DNA of 32,000 bases from Candidatus Uhrbacteria bacterium. Its GTDB lineage: Bacteria > Patescibacteriota > Patescibacteriia > 2-12-FULL-60-25. The stretch lies in the NCBI GenBank assembly GCA_003231955.1, contig QIKL01000057.1, forward strand, positions 1 to 32,000, written 5' to 3'. Positions 8,936 to 16,615 of the stretch are shown one piece after another. The notes beneath the pieces are model-generated. The model made no database searches and had not been told where the DNA came from. It was given only the letters and a program-made list of their open reading frames with translations. Positions within the stretch are counted from its first letter, which is position 1, and each line of letters starts with the position of its first letter. Both the position numbers and the translations under genes were made by a program.

Positions 8936-10423
8936 CTACGAATCCGCTTTTCGTTTCGGTGAGACTTGAAATTCCAAATTTTTTCCAAACATCATCCGTG
9001 TTTGTGCATCAATCGCTGGAAACGCACCAAAAACCACAAAGGTAATAGGCAAAAGTAACCACTGAAGGACCGTAACGACAATCGTTTGGCGTGGATGCAC
9101 ATGCGCAGGCCGCGGCGGTAAAAGCGTAAACGCCAATCCAGCGGATACAAACGCGCCGACCATAGCAAATCGCATAAGCCACTGCAGAGTAAACGGCGTA
9201 TTCTGAAACACAGCAAATCCACGAAATCGTTCTGGCGCAAACCAGAATGGCAGACGTCCGAGAAGAAAAATAAGAAGCGGCGCCGTAGCCCATGTATACA
9301 TCCCTTCGATCTGTTTCCACATAAACATAAACTTCACGCCGAACGGCATTTTACGATCACGGCTGAAAGCATGGGCCATATACGAAAAATTCTCCACACC
9401 CCACGCCCAGCGGCGGAGCTGTCTATACAACGCCATAAGTGCCTGACTGTACGATCCAGTCATAACCGTATCCATGGAAACTGGAAGATAAATGGGTGTC
9501 ACATGATAATCTCCATGATATTTAAGAAGCCCCTGTAAAAAAATACGTGAGTCTTCACTCACAATATCCTTTTGCCAATACCCCACATCCATAAGCATAT
9601 GGAGACTCATGGAATGCGATGAAAAGGTCATCATGCCTTCTGGGCGTGCAAGCTCGGTCATGAGCCAAAACGTTGTACCAAACATAGCTACGCGCACTGG
9701 CGACGGTGACTCCCACAAGTTGTTGTTATAGAGCGGGATTGGTTGATATGAGCTCCGCGTCGGAGCGGGATTTGTGAGATAGAGATACGTGAGACATGAA
9801 AAATATTGCGGATGAATAATAGTGTCTATATCAAACGATGAAACAATAATATCATCTCTGTCGAAACCCATGGCAAGAACTTTCGGAACAATCTCATGCG
9901 CAGACCAATTGAGGTTGGATCCCTTGCCTGGAATTTCCTCCGGCAGATCTGCAGGATGAATCGTCGTGAATAACGACATGAACCGACCAGAAAACTCTGG
10001 GATCAACACCGCAATATTTGCCTCAAAACGTTCACGGTCACGTGCTTCTCCAGCTAAAACAACAATGAGACGATCCGCGGGATATGCATTCTCAGCCAAG
10101 CGACGGAGCGTTTCGCGAAGAACATGCATTTCCTCTTTATATGTCGGCAAAAAAATGAGATGCCTGATACGATCATATCTCGGTGTAGCCACGGCAAGCG
10201 CCTGCCAATCTTTTTTAATATCATGCCGAAACTTCCACCATGAGATAAGGAGGAATGGCATGTAATACACAACACGAAAAAGCCAATAGAGATCAAAGAT
10301 AATCACAAAATACACAACCAAAAGCGGACGAACGAATGAGAGAACGACTGACGCGATAATCGTGATCCAGATCAATGCACCAGGCAAAATCTCAAGGAAG
10401 CGTTGGGAAAATCGAGAGGACAT
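8936..10423 (-). CDS. Integral-membrane GT2, processive beta-glycan-synthase-like (D, DxD, (S/T)ED, QxxRW)
   Basis: 495 aa with 2 N-terminal and about 4 C-terminal TM segments. Motifs: FLPTYKEE, SFDIDT, VSEDSRIF and QLRRWAWG. Confidence 0.75.
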   Translation of the reverse strand: MSSRFSQRFLEILPGALIWITIIASVVLSFVRPLLVVYFVIIFDLYWLFRVVYYMPFLLISWWKFRHDIKKDWQALAVATPRYDRIRHLIFLPTYKEEMHVLRETLRRLAENAYPADRLIVVLAGEARDRERFEANIAVLIPEFSGRFMSLFTTIHPADLPEEIPGKGSNLNWSAHEIVPKVLAMGFDRDDIIVSSFDIDTIIHPQYFSCLTYLYLTNPAPTRSSYQPIPLYNNNLWESPSPVRVAMFGTTFWLMTELARPEGMMTFSSHSMSLHMLMDVGYWQKDIVSEDSRIFLQGLLKYHGDYHVTPIYLPVSMDTVMTGSYSQALMALYRQLRRWAWGVENFSYMAHAFSRDRKMPFGVKFMFMWKQIEGMYTWATAPLLIFLLGRLPFWFAPERFRGFAVFQNTPFTLQWLMRFAMVGAFVSAGLAFTLLPPRPAHVHPRQTIVVTVLQWLLLPITFVVFGAFPAIDAQTRMMFGKNLEFQVSPKRKADS

Positions 10424-10448
10424 TTGAATGACAAAATCAAGATGGAAA

Positions 10449-10877
10449 CTAAATCCTAACTTCTAACTTCTTTTTTGGCATAGTGATATTCGGTTCGCTA
10501 GAGTAAATCGGCGCGACGTACCCGACCTCAATTTTTATTCTTCGGTCGGCGAATTTTGTCCGTTGAGCTTTAAGTTTCAGACGTAGCTGCTCCATATCTC
10601 TTGTTTCATCGACAGTCACACCGATAAGTGGAAGTTTATACTGCCGCGCAAGTAAATTCGCGATAAGTACGCCTGTGCGCGTTGATGAAAAAGATCCAGG
10701 ACCAGATACAACACAGATCCCATCAAGACGAACAAACATAGCCGACGAGACGTGACGACAGATTTGGTTCAACACTATGTGCGATCGCCCTTTTGATCTC
10801 CAAAGTTTAATATCGGCGCCGAGCAAGCCTATCGTACAGGCATCATGATTCACAGATTCGATAAAGAGCCATGACAT
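10449..10877 (-). CDS. tsaB: Short TsaB (YeaZ)-like protein, N-terminal half only
   Basis: 142 aa. VVSGPGSFSSTRTGVLIANLLA matches the TsaB GPGSFTGxRIG motif. The protein is roughly 90 aa shorter than E. coli TsaB. Confidence 0.55.
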   Translation of the reverse strand: MSWLFIESVNHDACTIGLLGADIKLWRSKGRSHIVLNQICRHVSSAMFVRLDGICVVSGPGSFSSTRTGVLIANLLARQYKLPLIGVTVDETRDMEQLRLKLKAQRTKFADRRIKIEVGYVAPIYSSEPNITMPKKKLEVRI

Positions 10878-10880
10878 AAA

Positions 10881-11480
10881 TCAGACGTGATCTTTAAGCA
10901 AGTCTACCGCAACAGTCTTCGGCGAAAGCAGAATACTCTCAAGGAACCGATCACCCATATCACGACGATAGATATAATCCTGCGTCGACATAAGTGTATA
11001 GTTGATTTCAAATCCGAGATCAGCCTCAGCTTTGTCCATGATATGCCGAAGCTTCGCCGGATCCATCTCGCCTATGATGAGAATATCAACTGGATTATTA
11101 CGCTGGCCCTGAAAGACTCCAAAAAATGCGAGATAGTGCAGAGTACCGATTTTATTAATATGCTCATGAAGTTTCCATTCGGAAAGAACATATGCTTTCG
11201 TAAGAAGTGAACGTACCTCCTGTTGCAGCGGAAAATCTTTGTTCGCGGTATAGTACTTCCGTTTGAGCCCTGGACGCTTGATTCCAGCCTCTTCGACTGC
11301 GGCCTTCCCCTCGACGATGAGCCCTATCTTTACGAGATTCTCTATTTCACGCCGGACCGCATTGATCTGGGTATGAATCCGCCGAGTTAATTCGCGGACA
11401 AAAAAAACGTCATCTGGATGATGGAGAAACAGGATCAAGAGTTTGACCCGCGTTCTTGAGCCAAATAAGTGTTCAAGCAT
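10881..11480 (-). CDS. Winged-helix (ArsR/MarR-like) transcriptional regulator with an uncharacterised C-terminal domain
   Basis: 199 aa. The N-terminus LFGSRTRVKLLILFLHHPDDVFFVRELTRRIHTQINAVRREIENLVKIGLI is a typical wHTH. Confidence 0.55.
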   Translation of the reverse strand: MLEHLFGSRTRVKLLILFLHHPDDVFFVRELTRRIHTQINAVRREIENLVKIGLIVEGKAAVEEAGIKRPGLKRKYYTANKDFPLQQEVRSLLTKAYVLSEWKLHEHINKIGTLHYLAFFGVFQGQRNNPVDILIIGEMDPAKLRHIMDKAEADLGFEINYTLMSTQDYIYRRDMGDRFLESILLSPKTVAVDLLKDHV

Positions 11481-11544
11481 ATCTATACCTATATCCTGCC
11501 GTGTTCTTTACCCCTTGACAAGAGAGATGCGATTTTCCGTCAAA

Positions 11545-11561
11545 ACGTCTAGCATAGACGT
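11545..11561. promoter_or_regulatory. Perfect 7-3-7 palindrome ACGTCTA-gca-TAGACGT overlapping a promoter candidate (TAGACG-N18-TATACT)
   Basis: Lies in the divergent intergenic region between the wHTH gene (start 11480) and the 701-aa gene (start 11619). TATACT is at 11579-11584. Confidence 0.4.
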
Positions 11562-11618
11562 GTCATTTGCCTATCAAGTATACTCCGGCTGAGAGCGAAA
11601 CTGCAAAACTACCAAACA

Positions 11619-13724
11619 ATGTCTAAAATCACGCAACAATTCCGTATCGCCGAGATCGAGGTGGCAAAGAGTCTCACTGACGACAAGCTTGCCGGCGTTT
11701 TTCGATTTGAAAACGCCAGCCGTAACCGGACGAGTCCGACCCTCCTTATTATCGTCGACATCCAATCGTCATTATACGTGTACGAGCGCCTACTCGACAC
11801 CTTAAACTCCACAGCCGAACAAGCGCGGCATATGGGATCACAGATGGAGCAGGATCCTTTAGGCCGATTCGAAAAACTTGTCCAACGTCTCAACGAAGCC
11901 GTCGCGAAGTTTACGGAGCAGGAGGCATCACCACTCAACTGGAATCGTATCAACATTTTTATCATTGAGCTTTCGGAAAATCATCTCTGCTTCACTGGAA
12001 CAGGACATCTTATGAATCTCTTCCTGCAAAAACAGGAAGATGGAAGCTTTCGGTCGTTCAATCTGTTTGGATCACTAGAACAGCCAACACAGGCCGATCC
12101 GACCAAACCATTCGCTTCAATCATCTGCGGCGACATTAAACCAGGCGATCTCCTCATGGCAGGTACAACTAACCTTGAGCGTCTACGAAGTGAACTCCGA
12201 CTCAAAGAACGATTAGCAACCCTTCCACCAGTCACAGCAGCGTTGGAGATTAAACAGGATCTAGAACGCCGTGGCATTCCAGATGATTTCATCGCCGCAA
12301 TTATTGCATCCATTGCAGTCAAGGATCCAGAACCTTTACCTACAACACCTATTGAACCAGAACAAAACAAAAGCACACGTTCCATTGAACAGCTGCGCCA
12401 ACAAGAGGAAGAAACCGCCAAACAACTCTCCCCCGCTACACCCGTAAAAGAAACGCTAAACGTGTCCGCCGTACTGACGCAGACAGGAACCTTCGCAAAA
12501 AAAATCACCGTTAAATTTTTTGCTACTCTGCGGCACATTAAAAATTCGCTCATCCGACATGATCCCATGGCTCTTGCGAGCCTACGCGGAATGAATGCAG
12601 GATATGGAACTGTTTTTACTAAACGAAAAAAAACTATTGTCATGGCCGCGGGAGCAATTGTTATCCTTGGCGTCGCCGGTATCCTCTGGTTGAATCATTC
12701 TAAAAAAGTAGCCGCACAAACTGCGGCATGGAATACAACCTACGACAACGCAAGCGATCAACGTAATCGTGCCGAGTCTGATCTCGTCTACGGCAATGAA
12801 GCGCGTGCGCGGATTGAGGTTAACCGAGCCGAGAAACTTATCGCTGATCTGCCAACAGATACGACTGATCGAAAAACCAAGATGAGTAAACTCCAAAAAA
12901 ATCTGAGTAGTCTTAACAAACGAATTAGGAAAGTCGTTCCTGTAAACAATGTCCTTGAGCTCACCACCCTTTCTGCTTCGGCAAATCCCGGAAGTCTTAC
13001 CGCGCCAATTCTTGTTAAGAATACGGCATACGTAGTCGATGAATCTGCAAACCAAATCCTGAAAATCACCCTAGCGACAAAAGAAATTAAACGTATTAGT
13101 CTCCCCCAAGGAACGGGACCAATTGTCGCGAGTGCAGAAGGCAAAAACGGTATTTATTTTATGACGAAATCCGGAAAGCTTATCTCGCTCTCCACCGCCA
13201 CAAACCTCATAAAATCCATAAAATGGTCACATGCAAAAACATCAGAAAATTTAGACACTATCCTTTACAACAATCGATTGTACAGCATGGATCCAGCGGA
13301 TGGACAAATTTGGCGTTCATCACAGTCAGGAAACGGTTTTGGAAATGAATCTGGATATATCAAAGCCGCAAATACACAGATTAACGACGCGGTTGCGCTG
13401 GCTATCGACAGTAACGTCTATGTGCTCCGATCAAACGGCACCGTCGTCCAATTTTATGCTGGAGGGCAGGTAAGTTTCGGCTTGTACCCCATCAGTCCGC
13501 CGCTTCGCGCCGCATCCAATATCTGGACCAAAACAGGTTCGAGTTTACTCTATATCACAGATCCAGCGGATAAACGCATACTCGAATTTGATAAGGATGG
13601 AACCCTTAAAGCCCAATTAACCTCGCCGCAATTCCACGACCTCCGAGATCTCTCGGTAGATGAGGATACAAAGCGCATGATCGTAACCGACGGAAATCGT
13701 CTCTTACTAGTTCCGCTCCCGTAA
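11619..13724 (+). CDS. Membrane protein with a cytoplasmic PP2C/SpoIIE-like domain (signatures degenerate), one TM, a coiled region and an extracytoplasmic 6-bladed beta-propeller (NHL/YncE-like)
   Basis: 701 aa. ICGDIKPGDLLMAGTTNLERL resembles the PPM motif G-x-l-x-pGD-x-lll-x-TDG. The TM is IVMAAGAIVILGVAGILWL. Six repeats are of the type AYVVDESANQILKI / LYITDPADKRILEFDKDG / MIVTDGNRLLLV. The ORF itself is secure; the domain calls are inferential. Confidence 0.55.
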   Translation: MSKITQQFRIAEIEVAKSLTDDKLAGVFRFENASRNRTSPTLLIIVDIQSSLYVYERLLDTLNSTAEQARHMGSQMEQDPLGRFEKLVQRLNEAVAKFTEQEASPLNWNRINIFIIELSENHLCFTGTGHLMNLFLQKQEDGSFRSFNLFGSLEQPTQADPTKPFASIICGDIKPGDLLMAGTTNLERLRSELRLKERLATLPPVTAALEIKQDLERRGIPDDFIAAIIASIAVKDPEPLPTTPIEPEQNKSTRSIEQLRQQEEETAKQLSPATPVKETLNVSAVLTQTGTFAKKITVKFFATLRHIKNSLIRHDPMALASLRGMNAGYGTVFTKRKKTIVMAAGAIVILGVAGILWLNHSKKVAAQTAAWNTTYDNASDQRNRAESDLVYGNEARARIEVNRAEKLIADLPTDTTDRKTKMSKLQKNLSSLNKRIRKVVPVNNVLELTTLSASANPGSLTAPILVKNTAYVVDESANQILKITLATKEIKRISLPQGTGPIVASAEGKNGIYFMTKSGKLISLSTATNLIKSIKWSHAKTSENLDTILYNNRLYSMDPADGQIWRSSQSGNGFGNESGYIKAANTQINDAVALAIDSNVYVLRSNGTVVQFYAGGQVSFGLYPISPPLRAASNIWTKTGSSLLYITDPADKRILEFDKDGTLKAQLTSPQFHDLRDLSVDEDTKRMIVTDGNRLLLVPLP

Positions 13725-13745
13725 AATAAAAGATACTTGAACAAT

Positions 13746-13780
13746 ACATAAAACATCCCCTCACGAGGGATGTTTTATGT
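13746..13780. terminator. Bidirectional intrinsic terminator between convergent genes
   Basis: Perfect 14-bp stem ACATAAAACATCCC / GGGATGTTTTATGT with a 7-nt loop. The arms are A/T-rich at the outer ends, giving U-runs on both strands. It sits between the 701-aa gene stop and the rplL stop. Confidence 0.75.
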
Positions 13781-13796
13781 ATTAGAATACTGATGC

Positions 13797-14198
13797 TTAC
13801 TTGAGTATAGCCTTCCCACCAGCATCCTCAACCTTCTTCTTAATCTCTTCGGCACTCGCTTTATCAACGCCCTCTTTAATAACTTTCGGTGCGCTATCGA
13901 CAATATCCTTTGCCTCTTTGAGACCCAAAGCCGTCACTTCACGAACAACCTTAATGACGCCAATCTTGTTGCCGCCAACTTCGATAAGTTCAACATCAAA
14001 CGACGACTTTTCTTCAGCTGCGGCATCATCTGCTCCTTGTCCCCCGGCCATCATGACTGGAGCGGCGGCGGAGACACCAAATTTATCTTCCAAGACCTTC
14101 ACAAGCTCAGAAAGATCAAGTACGGACATCTTTTCAACGGTAGCGACGAGATCCTTAAACTTAGCAGGAACTTCGACGACCTTCTGTTCATCTGACAT
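13797..14198 (-). CDS. rplL: 50S ribosomal protein L7/L12
   Basis: 133 aa with [17 protein letters not shown], an Ala/Gly hinge, and a C-terminal domain [24 protein letters not shown]. Confidence 0.97.
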   Translation of the reverse strand: MSDEQKVVEVPAKFKDLVATVEKMSVLDLSELVKVLEDKFGVSAAAPVMMAGGQGADDAAAEEKSSFDVELIEVGGNKIGVIKVVREVTALGLKEAKDIVDSAPKVIKEGVDKASAEEIKKKVEDAGGKAILK

Positions 14199-14245
14199 AG
14201 GAAAATGTGTCTATGAGTTAATTATCTTAAGCTAAGAATACATTT

Positions 14246-14893
14246 TTATTCAGTAGCTGAGGCTGCGGAAGATTCCGCCGCAGGAGCCTCATCTTTCGGT
14301 ACCACTTCTGGCGCTGGTGTTTCTGTTTCTTTTAGATCTTCCGTCGAAACTTCCGCCGCTTTCAGAACTTCTACTTCTGCCTTTTGTGTCGAAGCGGATT
14401 CCTCAGGTTTCCCCTTCTTTTCTGCGATCGCATTGAGTACGCGCACATATGCGGAGACCGGAGCATAGAGCGTACCAACGAGCATACCAAGCAGCTCTTT
14501 TTTACTTGGAAGCTTAGAAAGCGCGATCACTTTTTCTTTGTCGACAATCTGTCCCTCAAAAATTCCTCCGACAAGCTTGAGCGTTGTCTTTTTTCCGATA
14601 TCACCAAGAACTTTGGCCGGAGCAACCTCATCTTCTATACCGAACGCAGCGCCAAGCATACCTGGGAGCGTTTTGGCATCGAGATCAATACCAGCAGCCT
14701 TAGCTGCACGAGTGAACAATGATTTTTTAGCAACAATGTAATCTACGTTTGCCTCGCGCGCCTTAGCACGAAGTCTATCCGCCTGAACTACGGTCAAACC
14801 CTGATAGTCCGCAAATATCACAGACTTGGCGTTCTTAAACTCCTGTTCAAGCCGCTCTTTAATCACTTCTTTCTGCTGACGTGTTTTTGGCAT
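14246..14893 (-). CDS. rplJ: 50S ribosomal protein L10, with an acidic low-complexity C-terminal tail of about 45 aa
   Basis: 215 aa with FADYQGLTVVQADRLRAKAREANVDYIVAKKSL. It lies directly upstream of rplL. Confidence 0.95.
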   Translation of the reverse strand: MPKTRQQKEVIKERLEQEFKNAKSVIFADYQGLTVVQADRLRAKAREANVDYIVAKKSLFTRAAKAAGIDLDAKTLPGMLGAAFGIEDEVAPAKVLGDIGKKTTLKLVGGIFEGQIVDKEKVIALSKLPSKKELLGMLVGTLYAPVSAYVRVLNAIAEKKGKPEESASTQKAEVEVLKAAEVSTEDLKETETPAPEVVPKDEAPAAESSAASATE

Positions 14894-15149
14894 AATGAGA
14901 AAATATCACCTACGAACAGCGTACAAGTATCTCACATACAGACACCTATCAGCTCCATTCTGGATGACAATAATTTTGATGGTTCGACCTTTAAAAAACA
15001 CCCACAGTCTGTCCCGTGGATGTTCAAAGCGGAAAAAAACCGCTTGATCATGACCTCGGCAGGTAATTAAGCTCCTTTTTTCGGGGCGCCTGCTATCTCA
15101 GGACAATGAGTGTTGCTCGTATCGTACTGAAATAAGACAGCAACGTCAA
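14894..15149 (-). promoter_or_regulatory. rplJ promoter (TTGACG-N17-TACGAT) plus a structured 5' leader of about 220 nt (L10-leader-type candidate)
   Basis: The -35 is at plus 15144-15149 and the -10 at plus 15121-15126, with an exact 17-nt spacer. The leader has several hairpins, including AAGCGG-ttttttt-CCGCTT at 15027-15045. The pyrH-rplJ intergenic region is 386 nt in total. Confidence 0.45.
14993..15023 (-). terminator. Intrinsic-terminator-like hairpin inside the rplJ leader (attenuator candidate)
   Basis: Minus strand reads ACATCCAC-gggacagact-GTGGGTGT followed by TTTTT. The stem is 8 bp (one G-U pair) with a 10-nt loop, about 100 nt upstream of the rplJ ATG. Confidence 0.4.
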
Positions 15150-15279
15150 GCATGACCGCCCCACAAGTTTCTTCATGTCCCAAAATAGTAATAACACCGC
15201 AAAAAAAACTAATTCGCTGCTAATCTGTACTCTTTCACAAACTCTCCGCGTCCTTTGTAAGAAAAAAATAATAGCCTAT

Positions 15280-15972
15280 TCACGATGCGATAACCGTTCC
15301 TACGAACGTCTTTTTGTCCAGAATCTTCTGGAGATTTTTCAGATCCATCCCTTTAGTGATCACGACCTCCATTGCCCACCGGTCGGCAAGTTTGGATGCA
15401 ACTGGATCAAATGGCGTATTAGCACCCGGCTCCCATTTTGATCCCACGATTTTTCTAAATGCCTTCCAACTAATCTTGTCAATCGGTTGCGCACCTTTGT
15501 ACTTTGAAGGGTCTCTATCATACACTGCATCGATATTCGTCAAATTGATAATCCGCGTCGCATTATATTTTTTAGCGAGGCGTACAGCAATATAATCCGT
15601 ACTCCATCCCGGCTTCCATCCAGCAGCAATAAGCACCGCGTCGTGCCAAGCAAGCGGCTTCGTCGGGTCCTTCACCACGCGATGAGTTGCCTCTTTCCGA
15701 AAAATTGCGCGGAGCAAATGCCCATTTAGCCGTGTCGCATGGATACCAAGCCAATCCACATCTTCACGAGTAAGACAAACGATCCCCCTCGCAGCCTTCT
15801 GATATTCTCTCGCTGTATGCCCACCGCCAACCACGATAATAAAACGCTGTCCGCACGCAATTTCATGCCGAATCAATTTGTAAAACCGTTTAAGAAACGC
15901 AATGTCAATGCCGGTTTTTGGAACCACAATAGAACCACCGAGTGAGATAACGACGGGCGAAAGATGTTTCAT
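15280..15972 (-). CDS. pyrH: Archaeal-type uridylate (UMP) kinase, amino-acid-kinase fold
   Basis: VVISLGGSIVVP...FIIVVGGGHTAREY...TDYIAVRLAKKYNATRIINLTNIDAVYDRDP is collinear with archaeal PyrH as I remember it (Pyrococcus type). The start is taken at the internal ATG (MKHLSP); the track ORF extends to 16017. Confidence 0.75.
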   Translation of the reverse strand: MKHLSPVVISLGGSIVVPKTGIDIAFLKRFYKLIRHEIACGQRFIIVVGGGHTAREYQKAARGIVCLTREDVDWLGIHATRLNGHLLRAIFRKEATHRVVKDPTKPLAWHDAVLIAAGWKPGWSTDYIAVRLAKKYNATRIINLTNIDAVYDRDPSKYKGAQPIDKISWKAFRKIVGSKWEPGANTPFDPVASKLADRWAMEVVITKGMDLKNLQKILDKKTFVGTVIAS

Positions 15973-16003
15973 AATATAAGAACCCCAAGGTAAGATTGAT
16001 CTG

Positions 16004-16342
16004 TCACTCTTTAACAAGTGCGTTTACAAACCACGAAACCAACCAGAATACCAGCGATCCCCAAAATGCAGCCGTAAATCCTGTCACATCAAACCCTTTA
16101 ACAATAGAGGACGCGAGCCAAAACATAAGTGCATTAATAATGAATGTGAAGAGTCCAAGCGTCAAAATATTAACCGGTAGAGTTAAAAGGAGAAGAATTG
16201 GACGAATGACCGCATTCACGAGACCAATAACGAGAGCGGCAATAAGTGCGCTCCAAAAATTTGCTACCTCTACACCGGGAACGACATAGGCAACGATCAT
16301 GACGGAAAACGCAGAAAGGAACCAGCGGATGAGAATAAACAT
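16004..16342 (-). CDS. Small 4-TM membrane protein of the 'phage holin 4_2 / YvlD-like' family
   Basis: IRWFLSAFSVMIVAYVVPGVEV...ALVIGLVNAVIRPILLLLTLPVNILTLGLFTFIINALMFWLAS is typical of that family. The start is taken at the internal ATG one nt after the xseB stop; the track ORF extends to 16417 and overlaps xseB. Confidence 0.7.
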   Translation of the reverse strand: MFILIRWFLSAFSVMIVAYVVPGVEVANFWSALIAALVIGLVNAVIRPILLLLTLPVNILTLGLFTFIINALMFWLASSIVKGFDVTGFTAAFWGSLVFWLVSWFVNALVKE

Positions 16343-16343
16343 G

Positions 16344-16571
16344 TCAATCACCAGAATATTTCTTTTTAATCTCTTTAACCTTATTTTCAGCAAGTGCAAG
16401 GCGCTTTTTGAGAGCATCTGCGATCGTCATAGCTCGCTCAAACTTTTGAAGACCCTGATCCAAATCAATGTTGCCTTCTTCAAACCAAGTTGCGATTGAC
16501 TCAAGCTCGGCAAAGCCCTTAGCCGCATCAATATTTTTAGATTCTTTTTTTGGAGGCATATCAGTCATCAT
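16344..16571 (-). CDS. xseB: Exodeoxyribonuclease VII small subunit
   Basis: FAELESIATWFEEGNIDLDQGLQKFERAMTIADALKKRL is the XseB pattern. It lies directly downstream of xseA. The track start is TTG at 16580; the ATG at 16571 is preferred. Confidence 0.85.
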   Translation of the reverse strand: MMTDMPPKKESKNIDAAKGFAELESIATWFEEGNIDLDQGLQKFERAMTIADALKKRLALAENKVKEIKKKYSGD

Positions 16572-16615
16572 TCTAATCAATACAAGTAAGGTAGTATGAA
16601 TTATAATACATTCGA

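Noticed and set aside
14965-14990. GGTTCGA (a tRNA T-loop-like string) in the rplJ upstream region, and TTGAACC at 3996.
   Set aside because: The flanking bases cannot form a T-stem or acceptor stem, and no cloverleaf can be drawn. I found no tRNA in the window.
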